64,000 bases of DNA from an uncultured Chlamydiae bacterium (GCA_963713615.1 CAVQMM010000001.1:3232001-3296000), one strand, 5' to 3'; counted from the stretch's first letter, positions 10,481 to 20,876 are shown. Made by a program: numbers and translations. Notes: generated by a model from the letters alone, not told the origin.

Positions 10481-11296
10481 GTGGCATTAACATCAGTACG
10501 GCCGATTGGTCTGGATGCTTGTTGGCAAACGACCGATCTAGTCAAAAGCATAGAGAAATGTTCAAAGGAAGGGGGAGTGGCCTCGCGTTTGACCGCAGGT
10601 GGTTTGACAGGTCTAGTAGCTCTTACCGCTTTAGCTAATGCGGTCATGCATTTCACCAGGGCTCTCGTTGAGCTTCCGATGATTGTTGTGATTACTGTTC
10701 GAAGGTTGGTTGGTATGAGTACTGTCGCGCAAAGCGACTACAATCTAAAGAGGGCTGCTTTGCATGTTGTCCGGGCCTTAGCCTTTGCTGCAGAGGGGGC
10801 CATTTGTGGCACGATTGGTATTCCTTTTGCTGTTGTCAAGCCTTCGGTGATTGTTTCTTTGCATCGCGATTTGCGTTTGGATGTTTCTTGGGAAGCTTCA
10901 GTTTTCTCGCAAAGATGGATAGGGCGTATAGGACAATGCTGCGATATGGCACAAAGTTACCTAAAGGGTGCTTGGGAACGGTTGTATAAGGCTGACCCAG
11001 TCTTTACAGTCAAAGTAGTGGGAGCCCTGGAGGGCGTCCTGGCGGTTGCTGGTATCGTGTGGATCATGTCTCGACCTGCACCGGAGATCTGTCCAAAACC
11101 GGAGGTCTGTCCTGCACCAGAGGTCGTTGATAAGCCTCGTAAATATAAGGATATGGAGATTTACGACTGCGTATGGGTCCCATATACAGGCTTCAGATCG
11201 GTAGAAGAGTTAAAATGGAAGGAGCAGCAGCACACCCTGACAGCGACGCCTAAGCCAACGGGGAGGATATGGTTATGGGGTGGTTTTGATGATTGA
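10481..11296 (+). CDS. Hypothetical membrane protein, paralog of 21427-22293
   Basis: RBS GGGGGAG before GTG; N-terminal ~190 aa similar to the ORF at 21427; hydrophobic segments. Confidence 0.7.
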   Translation: MALTSVRPIGLDACWQTTDLVKSIEKCSKEGGVASRLTAGGLTGLVALTALANAVMHFTRALVELPMIVVITVRRLVGMSTVAQSDYNLKRAALHVVRALAFAAEGAICGTIGIPFAVVKPSVIVSLHRDLRLDVSWEASVFSQRWIGRIGQCCDMAQSYLKGAWERLYKADPVFTVKVVGALEGVLAVAGIVWIMSRPAPEICPKPEVCPAPEVVDKPRKYKDMEIYDCVWVPYTGFRSVEELKWKEQQHTLTATPKPTGRIWLWGGFDD

Positions 11297-11326
11297 CCCA
11301 TTTTCGCTAAGAAAACAATGAAATAT

Positions 11327-11354
11327 TTGACAATTCGGAGTCTGTGGTTATCCT
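11327..11354 (+). promoter_or_regulatory. Putative sigma70-type promoter for tnpA
   Basis: TTGACA-N16-TATCCT; AGGAG RBS at ~11378. Confidence 0.4.
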
Positions 11355-11390
11355 TGTGCAGGAAAATCACAGATTGTAGGAGCACCGGCG

Positions 11391-11843
11391 ATGTCACAGT
11401 CATTAGCTTGCATGTTGGTACATGTCATTTTTAGCACGAAGAACCGTCAGCCCTTTATTCAACAGGGAACCATGCCCGAGCTTTTTGCCTATATGGCAGG
11501 AACAGCCAGGGGATGTGCTTCCCATGTATACGAGATTGGTGGCGTTGAGGATCATGTTCACGTGTTGCTTACGCTGCCAAGAACGTTGGCTTTATGTAAA
11601 TTGGTCGAAGAACTCAAGAAGTCATCTTCAAAATGGATAAAGACCAAAGGCCATATTTATGCCGATTTCTGTTGGCAACATGGATATGGAGGGTTTTCAG
11701 TAAGTCAGTCGGAAGTGGAAAAGGTTCGGAGATACATTAGAAATCAGCGTCAACATCACGCCAAAATGACCTTTCAGGACGAATATCGCTGTTTTTTAAA
11801 TCGATACAATGTTGCCTTTGATGAGCGCTATGTGTGGGATTGA
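11391..11843 (+). CDS. tnpA: Y1 HUH transposase (IS200/IS605 TnpA-like), REP-associated by position
   Basis: HVIFSTKNR, DHVHVL (HUH), WQHGYGGFSVS, YIRNQ (catalytic Tyr); REP array starts 9 nt after the stop. Confidence 0.92.
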   Translation: MSQSLACMLVHVIFSTKNRQPFIQQGTMPELFAYMAGTARGCASHVYEIGGVEDHVHVLLTLPRTLALCKLVEELKKSSSKWIKTKGHIYADFCWQHGYGGFSVSQSEVEKVRRYIRNQRQHHAKMTFQDEYRCFLNRYNVAFDERYVWD

Positions 11844-14800
11844 CCCGTTGTGGCATATACCATGGCGGTGCCATGGCCTGTTGCAATGCCTGCCCTTCGG
11901 GCTTTGGATGGATGACGGTGTGTGTTACAACAATATTGTGTATGGATGCCAGACAATCATCTGCATGGGCATTAACGGCATCCGGGATAATCCATGGACA
12001 TGTTTCGACGATAGTTTCGAATCGAGCGTTTATTAAATAATCTATTTTCAGAGACGCTACAATCATTTCTAAGCCCGAAGGGCAGACATTGCAACAGGCC
12101 ATGGCACCGCCATGGTATATGCAGCAACACGATTTCGCAGCCTGTAGGGCTGCCACAAGACGTCAGGTTGCACACACCGTATATACATGCGTTTTATAGC
12201 AGTCTTTCAGACTGCGTCATCATTTTTTGGCATATACCATGGCGATGCCATGGCCTGTTGCAATGCCTGCCCTTCGGGCTTAGGATGGGAGACGGTGTGT
12301 GTTACAACAATATTGTGTATGGACGCCAGACAATCATCTGCGTGGCTGTTAACCGAGTCCAGGGTGCTACACGGACATAATTCGTTCATAGGATGGGTGG
12401 TGTTGTGTGATACAACAATATTTCGTGTGTATGTCCGAACAATCATCTGCGTGGTTGTTAACAGAATCCAGGATGATCCACGGACAGATTTCAACGATAA
12501 TTTTGAATCGAACATTGATAATTTCGAATCGGACGTCTATTAATCGACCTTTTGTCAGATATGCTGTCACCATTTCTATGCCCGAAGGGCAGGCATTGCA
12601 ACAGGCCATGGCATCGCCATGGTATATGCAGCAATACGATACCGCAGTCTGAAAGACTGCCACAAGACGTCAGGTTGCACACACCGTATATACATGCGTT
12701 TTATAGCAGTCTTTCAGACTGCGAAATCTATCCTGGCATATACCATGGCGATGCCATGGCCTGTTGCAATGTCTGCCCTTCGGGCTTAGGATGGGTGATG
12801 GTGTGTGTTACAACAATATTGTGTATGGACGCCAGACAATCATCTGCATGGTCATTAACGGCATCCGGCATAATTCATGGACATGATTCAACGATAATTT
12901 CTAATCGAGCGTTTATTAAATAATCTATTTTCAGAGACGCTACAATCATTTCTAAGCCCGAAGGGCAGATATTGCAACAGGCCATGGCATCGCCATGGTA
13001 TATGCAGCAACACGATACCGCAGTCTGACAGACTGCCACAAGACGTCAGGTTGCACACACCGTATATACATGCGTTTTATAGCAGTCTTTCAGACTGCGT
13101 CATCATTTTTTGGCATATACCATGGCGATGCCATGGCCTGTTGCAATGTCTGCCCTTCGGGCTTAGGATGGGAGACGGTGTGTGTTGCAGCAATATTGTG
13201 TGTGTATGTCCGAGCAATCATCTGCGTGGCTGTTAACCGAGTCCAGGGTGCTACACGGACATAATTCGTTCATAGGATGGGTGATGGTTTGTGTTACAAC
13301 AATATTGCGTGTGGGTATCCGAACAATCGTCTGCGTGGTTGTTAACAGAATCCAGGATAATACACGGACATGATTTCAACGATAATTTTGAATCGAATAT
13401 GGATAATTTCGAATCGGACGTCTATTAATCGACCTTTTGTCAGATATGCTGTCATCATTTCTAAGCCCGAAGGGCAGACATTGCAACAGGCCATGGCACC
13501 GCCATGGTATATGCCAGGAATGGATTTCGCAGCCTGTAGGGCTGCCACAAGACGCATGCACAAATGAAGCGCTCACAAATAAACATATTCTGGCAGTCTT
13601 TCAGACTGCGTCATCATGTTTTGGCATATACCATGGCGATGCCATGGCCTGTTGCAATGTCTGCCCTTCGGGCTTAGGATGGGTGATGGTTTGTGTTACA
13701 ACAATATTGCGTGTGGGTATCCGAACAATCGTCTGCGTGGTTGTTAACAGAATCCAGGATAATACACGGACATAATTCGTTCATAGGATGGGTGACGGTT
13801 TGTGTTACAACAATATTGCGTGTGGATGTCCGAACAATCATCTGCGTTGCTGTTAACCGACTCCAGGATGACCCACAGAAATGGTTCAACAATAATTGTT
13901 TGAATCGAACATTGTTAATTTCGAATCGGGCATTTACCAAACAACTTCTTGTCAAATATGCTGTCATCATTTCTAAGCCCGAAGGGCAGACATTGCAACA
14001 GGCCATGGCACCGCCATGGTATATGCCAGGAATGGATTTCGCAGCCTGTAGGGCTGCCACAAGACGCATGCATAAATGAAGCGCCCACAAATAAACATAT
14101 TCTGGCAGTCTTTCAGACTGCGTCATCATGTTTTGGCCGATACCATGGCCATGCCATGGCCTGTTGCAATGTCTGCCCTTCGGGCTTTGGATGGGTGGCT
14201 GTGTATGTTACAACAATATTGCATGTGTATGTCCGAGCAATCATCTGCGTGACTGTTAGCCAAATCCAGGATGATCCACGGACATGATTCGGTTATAGGA
14301 TCGGTGGTGTTGTGTGATACAACAATATTGCATGTGGATGTCCGAACAATCATCTGCGTTGCTGTTAACCGAATCCAGGATAATACACGGACATAATTCG
14401 TTCATAGGATGGGTGATGGTTTGTGTTACAACAATATTGCGTGTGGATGTCCGAACAATCATCTGCGTTGCTGTTAACAGAATCCAGGATAATACACGGA
14501 CATGATTTCAACGATAATTTTGAATCGAATATGGATAATTTCAATCGGACGTCTATTAATCGACCTTTTGTCAGATATGCTGTCATCATTTCTAAGCCCG
14601 ACATCCCGCTAGAATTTTTCAAGATTTTTCGTAGCTTTCAGGCGATTTTTCGATGCCAATTCCTTCGGTTTTGAAACTTTTAATTATTTTCTAATTTTGC
14701 TAAATTTATAGAGCCGAAGTAGAGTAGCCGTGCTCCTTTCAACTGCGAAGGGACACGGTGAATTTACTTAGGAAGGTTGTATACAACTCCTATGGGGTTG

Positions 14801-14905
14801 CCGAAGCAGAGTAGCCGTGCTCCTTTTCTGCTCAGCTAACATCGCCGAATTTGCTGACCTTGTTCATTCAGGCCAAACAGAACAAAGCCCGTTTGCTAAA
14901 CTAAC

Positions 14906-16102
14906 TCAGTCTTCCTTCTGACGGTAATCCCTGTCATGTATGAGTATCGACCATATTACTCTTATCATATGACGGGCAAATGCTCGTACTGCTTGGTTAT
15001 GTTTTTTTCCCTCTGCTCTCTTCTTCTTGTAGTACTGTGCAGCCTCATCACATAGTTGTATATGTCGAGCAGCTCCGGTCATCATAGCTCCCTTTCCCCT
15101 CCAGTTAATATTTCGAGGCGATCGAGACCCCTCATATTGGCCAGAACTCTTGTTCAGAATTCCTATTCCCAAGTAGAGCGCTAGACTAGCTTCCGACTTA
15201 AACCGATCGATACTACCAATCTCTCCAGCGAGTTCTGCGGCACAAATGGAACCATATCCAGGAATAGATTCAATCCGAGATGCTATCTTGGATTGTGGGA
15301 TCAAACCCTCTATCAATACCTCCAACTGCGCTATTTCATCTAGCATCTCGAGTAGCCTTCTGACATCTCGTACTATTAATTTTCCTATCCACTCAACCTT
15401 TGAAGAGAACTTAGCCGTCTTTTGCCATTTCTGAATTTCCTCTGCATAAACCTCTCCAACGCCCTTGATTTGCAACAGGCTTCTTTTTTGCATTCGAAGC
15501 AACATGGTCATGTCTTCCTTCGAAGCAAGAAATCGTAGAAACCAAAGATTTGCTGGATTTTTTGTAATAGACAGTAGACCGGGGCAAACAGCCTGTAGAT
15601 CCCCTTGAAGTCGATTTATGATTCTTGTCTTTTCTTTTACCAACTCTCTACGACGCCTTGAAATATGTTTAAGTTGCTCGTTGCATACCGGTGGAGGCTC
15701 TACTTTCTGCAGAATATTTTTTGCCAACGGTAAGGTCTCTTGAACTTGAAACAAGCTAAAAATAGCCCAAGCGTCAATTGGATCTGTTTTGGCTGGACCA
15801 GGAAAAACTTCCTTAAATCTAGCCAATTTCATGTTGTTGACACTATACAAAGAATATCCGTGATCAAGAGCATATCTATCGATGGGTCTAGCATAGCCAT
15901 TAAACCCCTCCATAGCCATGACAACAGGCATGTTATAGGAAATTCTAAGCTTCTCAATTTTCTCAAAAAACTGCTCAATGTCTTCAGAAGTGTGGTTTAG
16001 ATAAAATCCATCGATGCGTTCTCCTGTGGACAAGCCTATGGCTACATAGTGTCGAACGCTACCGATATCTAGACAAATACGAAGTTCGGACTGATTTTGC
16101 AT
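14906..16102 (-). CDS. IS110 family transposase / bridge recombinase
   Basis: DEDD RuvC-like residues (CLDIG, MEGFNGY, KTDPIDA), SIPGYG, EIGSIDRF, SSG serine motif. Confidence 0.95.
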   Translation of the reverse strand: MQNQSELRICLDIGSVRHYVAIGLSTGERIDGFYLNHTSEDIEQFFEKIEKLRISYNMPVVMAMEGFNGYARPIDRYALDHGYSLYSVNNMKLARFKEVFPGPAKTDPIDAWAIFSLFQVQETLPLAKNILQKVEPPPVCNEQLKHISRRRRELVKEKTRIINRLQGDLQAVCPGLLSITKNPANLWFLRFLASKEDMTMLLRMQKRSLLQIKGVGEVYAEEIQKWQKTAKFSSKVEWIGKLIVRDVRRLLEMLDEIAQLEVLIEGLIPQSKIASRIESIPGYGSICAAELAGEIGSIDRFKSEASLALYLGIGILNKSSGQYEGSRSPRNINWRGKGAMMTGAARHIQLCDEAAQYYKKKRAEGKKHNQAVRAFARHMIRVIWSILIHDRDYRQKED

Positions 16103-16139
16103 GATAAATGCCCTGTTAAGTGTTTGTGAGCGTTAAATT

Positions 16140-16353
16140 TCACCCAAATTCCACTTCTACTTACAGAGCCACAATCAGAAGATTGGCACCATCCCGAACG
16201 GAATTATTGGATGATGCAAACGACGAAGGCGGCATATCGGGCCAGGCGAACAAACATTCGCTAAGGGCACACGGCCACACCTTCGTCGGCCAAAATGATA
16301 CCTTAGAGAAATGTTTTTTGTCTTTTCCTATTACCGTCGATAATCGTTTGCAA
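16140..16353 (-). ncRNA. Predicted IS110 bridge RNA
   Basis: Two stem/internal-loop domains. Guides UGCCCUU and GCCCGA match the REP target; CGGGAUG and GUAGA match the element's circle junction. Ends are approximate. Confidence 0.85.
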
Positions 16354-17020
16354 AATCCTATGGTAGAAGGGCAGACATTGCAACAGGCCATGGCACCGCC
16401 ATGGTATATGCCAGGAATGGATTTCGCAGTCTGAAGGACTGCAACAAGACGCATGCACAAATGACGCGTCCACAAATAAACATATTCTGGCAGTCTTTCA
16501 GACTGCGTCATCATTTTTTGGCATATACCATGGCGATGCCATGGCCTGTTGCAATGTCTGCCCTTCGGGCTTAGGATGGGAGACGGTGTGTGTTGCAGCA
16601 ATATTGTGTGTGGATGTCCGAGCAATCACCTGCGTGGCTGTTAACCGAGTCCAGGGTGCTACACGGACATAATTCGTTCATAGGATGGGTGATGGTGTGT
16701 GTTACAGCAATATTGCCTGTGGATGTTCGAACAATGATCTGCGTGGTTGTTAGCAGAATCCAGGATAATACACGGACATGATTTCAACGATAATTTTGAA
16801 TCAAACATTGATAATTTCGAATCGGACGTCTATTAATCGACCTTTTGTCAGATATGCTGTCACCATTTCTATGCCCGAAGGGCAGGCATTGCAACAGGCC
16901 ATGGCATCGCCATGGTATATGCCAGGAATGGATTTTGCAGTCTGCAAGACTGCCATAAGGTGTTCTAAACAATCTCTTGTGAATGTCACATAGATTGATT
17001 TCTGGAAGCTCCCCAAAAAA

Positions 17021-17056
17021 AACGTCTAGCAGTCCCAAAAAGACTGCTAGACGTTA
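17021..17056. terminator. Intrinsic terminator of the 1264-aa gene
   Basis: aacgtctagcagtc-ccaaaaa-gactgctagacgtt preceded by an A-run (U-tract on the minus strand). Confidence 0.75.
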
Positions 17057-17081
17057 TATTTGTAACTACAGATGAGATCTG

Positions 17082-20000
17082 CTAGCTATTGTTGTTATTA
17101 TTGTTGTTCTTAGGTAGCTGTATGCTCTTACGTTTGTTGTTGGTGTTAGGCTGGTAAACCTTTACGGTGAGAGGCTTGCCTGCATCTTTTAGCTTCCTCA
17201 CCTCAGCTAACGCACTTCTAAATGTACCATCTGCTCCAATACCTTTGGATATGGATTCTAGAACGTCCAGATTCAGAACATACGTCGTAGCTACCCAATC
17301 GCTCTTCTTGTTGGTTGGCTTGTACGTTAGCGTGATATCTTGGAGGCCCCTACCATCTGGGTGGTTAAAGTGGTTCACAATTTTATTATAGAAAAAGGCT
17401 TGAAGAGCTCTAGTATCATAGCCACCTAGAAAATCCACCACTTGTGTCTGAAGATTGCTGATCAGCTCTGCTTGTTGCTTACTAAGTGCTGCTTGAAGTT
17501 TAGCCTTGCTCTCCTCATTAGCATTTGCCAACTGATGCTTAGTCTTTTCAATTTCTTCATTGAGCCGATTCATATCCTCTTCTTGCCGAGCTTTCTCTAA
17601 TTCAAGTTGTGTTGCAACCTTTTTATGCTCTTCAGCACTCATCACAGTAGTTTCAACCTTTGTTGAAAGCTGAGCATTATTTGCCTGCAACTCCTCCAAC
17701 ATAGACTCAAGCTGAGCAATCCTTGCCGTGCGCTCTTCAATGGTTTGTCGTAAGGTATCATTTTCCTTCATGACACTTTTATGTTGGGTCTTGAGGAGTT
17801 CATTTTCCTGCATCAAAGCGCTTATTCTTTCTTGCAGCAGTCGTAGCTCGTCAGCTTGTGTGTTGATGGTTTCTTGCTGGCCAGAAATGGTGATCTCATG
17901 GGTCTGCACGAGATTGTCTCGTTCTTCAGCAAACTGCGTTTGCTCCTGAAGTTTTTTATTGGCCTCTACAATGGTCTGTTGGGCTTTTTCGAAAGCTTCC
18001 GTTTTGGAATTTAACTGTTCCACAACCAACTGATTTTGCTGCGTCAGTTCGCCGTTCAGTTTCTTGGATTCCTTCAACTCCAGCTGAGCTGCGTTGAGCT
18101 CGTTCTGCGCATCGCTACGAGCCTTGTTGACTTGCTCAAGCTCGCTTTGAACGGTTTTCAACTGATCGTTAAGCTCTTTCTGAGCCTCTTCGAATTGCTT
18201 AGCAGCGTCTGTATGACGGCTTTCAGCTTCGTTGAGCTTCTGACGTTCTTTAGTAACATCATTAGTAAGCTGCTGATTATTCTCTTCAAGCTCCTTCTGC
18301 TTCTGCTGAAGCTTGGTGATCTGCTCATCCTTCCACTGCAAGCTTTGCGAGAAACTTGTCAATTGATTGGCATTAGCACTGGCCGCTTGCTGCAGCTGGG
18401 TATATTCCGTTTCTTTTGTCTTGAGCAGCTCTGACGTTTCTGAAAGCTTCTTCTCAAGCTCACTGATGGCATTTAGGTGCTGTTGTTTGGTCTCTTCAAC
18501 CTGCTTGGCACTCACGCCTTCAGCTTCTATCTTATGTTGAAGCTGATTCTGGAGAGTCTCAATCTGTGACTTGGTCTTCTCCGATTCGTTCTTGAGGCTG
18601 TTGACCTCTGCGCGAGTATCGGCAAGCTCTTTAACAATCCTCGACTTGTCCTGCTTTTCCTGCTCTAGCAGCTCGCTAAGCTGGTCTTTCTCATTATTTA
18701 GAGATTCAATCTGATTTTGGATGCCTTGATGCTGTTCTCGAAGTTCAGACAATTGTTTTTCAAGATCCGCTACGCTAGCAAGTGAACTAGCCTTCTCGGT
18801 ATTTACCTCATGGAGTTGATTTGTCAGAGATTTTTCTGTCCCAGCGAGCTTCTCCTCGATCTCTGTTTTTTCACGTTCAAGTGCCTTAAGCTGCTTTTGA
18901 TACTCTTCAACCTCTTTTCTTAACTCAGACATTTTCTCCTTCTTACCACGGAAAGAAAACCCATAATTAATATTCTCTTGCTGATATTTGTCGCGCTCCT
19001 TCTTAAGCTTAAGGATGGTTGATTCACTCTCATTCAGTTTCAGGTTTCGGGCAGAAACTTGGAGATTGAGAATCCCCATTTGTCTTTCAAGCTCCTTGAT
19101 TTGATTTGACGCAGCGTCTTTCTCTCTAGTGACTCTATCAAGTGCTTGTGTCATCTCGTTAAGTGCTTGTGTCATCTCGTTCAGTCTAATTACCTGCTGC
19201 TGATTTTGAGATTGGTTACTTTCCAGACTCTGTATTTGATCGTTCAGTTGTTTTGTTTCTGTTTTTAATGTACTAATCTGGCTGCTTAGTTTGGATTCAT
19301 TTTGTTTTAACACGTATAGTTGAGTTTTCAATGCATTTGATTCATTTTCCAACTTGCTAATTGTGCTAGTCAGATCGTTTATCTGATCGTTTTTATCTTT
19401 CAGAGAGATTTTATTCTGGCCAATGGTCGCCAAATATTTTTCACAAGCTGTAGTAGCCTGCTGGAAATTTGCCTCAGCATCGTTCAGGTCCTTTTGCAGC
19501 TTTTGTAGCGCTTGCTTGTTTTTCTCTAGTTCAGCCTTTAGAACGTTGTTTGTGTTAGAAAGCTCAAAGTTCTTTGGTTGGAGCTGGTTATATTTCAATG
19601 TGATCTGTTCGACGTTTTCCTCGGCTGACATAAGCTTTTCTTTGAGCTTTTGAATGCTAGCAACCAAATCATTATTAGATAGCTGGTTATTAGCAGTATT
19701 CACAACGGATAGTGCTTGATCTAATAATTCCTGAAGTAATTTATTTTGTTTACTAAGTCTTTTAATTTCAAAATATAAGATACTAAACTCGTTAGTGTTA
19801 TCGTCTAAATCTCTGTTATTGTTAACGGTATAGGAGTGTTGCTCAAGCGCTTCTAAGATCGATTGAAAGCAAGAGTTATTTTCTCTGCGGAGGATCACTA
19901 TCAGCCCGGTCAAGAGTGAATTGCCTTTTGCAACATTGGTTTTAAACATTTCCCAGTCTTCTCGAAGTTTTTTAAACTTAAGATTACTAATTGGGAGTTT

Positions 20001-20876
20001 CTGGATGCTATCATCAAGAGTTTGTTCGAGACCTTTTTCGTAGTCATCGTCGTTGTTAAATATTATGTTGTCATTATTATTGTTGTTGTTCAGGTTTTGA
20101 TTTTTAATTATTATGTTATTATTGTTGTTGTTGTTTTTCTGTCTTGAATCATACGCTTTTGGATACTGATTGTCCTGTTCAATGTCACAACTGTCTTCGA
20201 TATATTCATCTTCATCACCAGAACTATGTGCTTTTAGCTCATCAATTTCTCTTTCAAGGTTCTGTTTTTTTACTAGAGCTTCTTTTAAGTTTTTTTGTAG
20301 ATTACTAATGTCATTTTTTTGTTTAGCGCTGAGGTTTTCGTTATTTTTAAGAATATTTGAAAGCTGCGTATTAATATTTTGATTAACCTCTTCAAGGCTG
20401 TAAACGTTCTCTTGCAATAGTTGAATTTGCTTCAAGGAATTATTAAATGCTCCATCGCAGGCTCTAATGTGAAAGGATGCCCAACCTAACCCACTTTCTG
20501 CATCTTTTTGGCTTGGGTCTTCCTGGATGATCTTGTCACGCTCTTTTTTAGAGCGCAGTATGGCGGTCATAATGCTATCGTTCGTGTTCATGAGCTTGAG
20601 TACAGTGACTGTAAAGTCTTTAGTTTGAAATGTGGGTTCCTTAACGTAGTATGGGCCATTATCATTGCCTATAAGCCGTAGGATGTCGAGGCATCGCTCT
20701 ACTTGATGTTCGTTCAACTCTTCTAAGGTCGAAAAATGCTTGAGTTGGGTTATCCGCTCCTCTTTTGAGAGTTCCTGGGCGCTTGGAACCTTTGCACCAA
20801 ACCAACCATTTTTAGACAAAAATCCATATTGTTTACTTTCTATGTCGGTATTAAAGTTAAAAGATGACTTATCCAT
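17082..20876 (-). CDS. Large coiled-coil protein with poly-Asn tracts, candidate secreted effector
   Basis: 1264-aa ORF rich in E/Q/K/L heptads; N-runs; AGGAG RBS. Confidence 0.8.
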   Translation of the reverse strand: MDKSSFNFNTDIESKQYGFLSKNGWFGAKVPSAQELSKEERITQLKHFSTLEELNEHQVERCLDILRLIGNDNGPYYVKEPTFQTKDFTVTVLKLMNTNDSIMTAILRSKKERDKIIQEDPSQKDAESGLGWASFHIRACDGAFNNSLKQIQLLQENVYSLEEVNQNINTQLSNILKNNENLSAKQKNDISNLQKNLKEALVKKQNLEREIDELKAHSSGDEDEYIEDSCDIEQDNQYPKAYDSRQKNNNNNNNIIIKNQNLNNNNNNDNIIFNNDDDYEKGLEQTLDDSIQKLPISNLKFKKLREDWEMFKTNVAKGNSLLTGLIVILRRENNSCFQSILEALEQHSYTVNNNRDLDDNTNEFSILYFEIKRLSKQNKLLQELLDQALSVVNTANNQLSNNDLVASIQKLKEKLMSAEENVEQITLKYNQLQPKNFELSNTNNVLKAELEKNKQALQKLQKDLNDAEANFQQATTACEKYLATIGQNKISLKDKNDQINDLTSTISKLENESNALKTQLYVLKQNESKLSSQISTLKTETKQLNDQIQSLESNQSQNQQQVIRLNEMTQALNEMTQALDRVTREKDAASNQIKELERQMGILNLQVSARNLKLNESESTILKLKKERDKYQQENINYGFSFRGKKEKMSELRKEVEEYQKQLKALEREKTEIEEKLAGTEKSLTNQLHEVNTEKASSLASVADLEKQLSELREQHQGIQNQIESLNNEKDQLSELLEQEKQDKSRIVKELADTRAEVNSLKNESEKTKSQIETLQNQLQHKIEAEGVSAKQVEETKQQHLNAISELEKKLSETSELLKTKETEYTQLQQAASANANQLTSFSQSLQWKDEQITKLQQKQKELEENNQQLTNDVTKERQKLNEAESRHTDAAKQFEEAQKELNDQLKTVQSELEQVNKARSDAQNELNAAQLELKESKKLNGELTQQNQLVVEQLNSKTEAFEKAQQTIVEANKKLQEQTQFAEERDNLVQTHEITISGQQETINTQADELRLLQERISALMQENELLKTQHKSVMKENDTLRQTIEERTARIAQLESMLEELQANNAQLSTKVETTVMSAEEHKKVATQLELEKARQEEDMNRLNEEIEKTKHQLANANEESKAKLQAALSKQQAELISNLQTQVVDFLGGYDTRALQAFFYNKIVNHFNHPDGRGLQDITLTYKPTNKKSDWVATTYVLNLDVLESISKGIGADGTFRSALAEVRKLKDAGKPLTVKVYQPNTNNKRKSIQLPKNNNNNNNS

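Larger units (their letters stand above)
14602..16367 (-). mobile_element. IS110-family element (1766 bp) inserted into a REP-A unit
   Basis: REP ttctaagcccGA|agggcagacattg is split exactly; GA occurs at both junctions (14600-14601 and 16366-16367); no terminal inverted repeats. Confidence 0.93.
11853..16955. repeat. REP family A array (REPIN/BIME-like): 14 alternating ~51-bp REP units
   Basis: Unit gcatataccatggcgRtgccatggcctgttgcaatgYctgcccttcgggct. Forward copies at ~11853, 12230, 12736, 13113, 13624, 14136, 16521; reverse copies at ~12072, 12579, 12955, 13464, 13976, 14595 (interrupted), 16872. Confidence 0.95.

Noticed and set aside
11391..11843. IS605-type element with TnpB/omega RNA
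   Set aside because: No tnpB or iscB ORF nearby; the downstream DNA is the REP array.
11853..16955. CRISPR array
   Set aside because: Repeats alternate in orientation, spacers are homologous to each other and 100-400 bp long, and there are no cas genes in the window.
11737..17038. Many short Cys/His-rich ORFs (IYHGDAMACC..., HIPWRCHGLLQC...)
   Set aside because: They are translations of the palindromic repeat in several frames on both strands, broken by indels and lacking RBSs.
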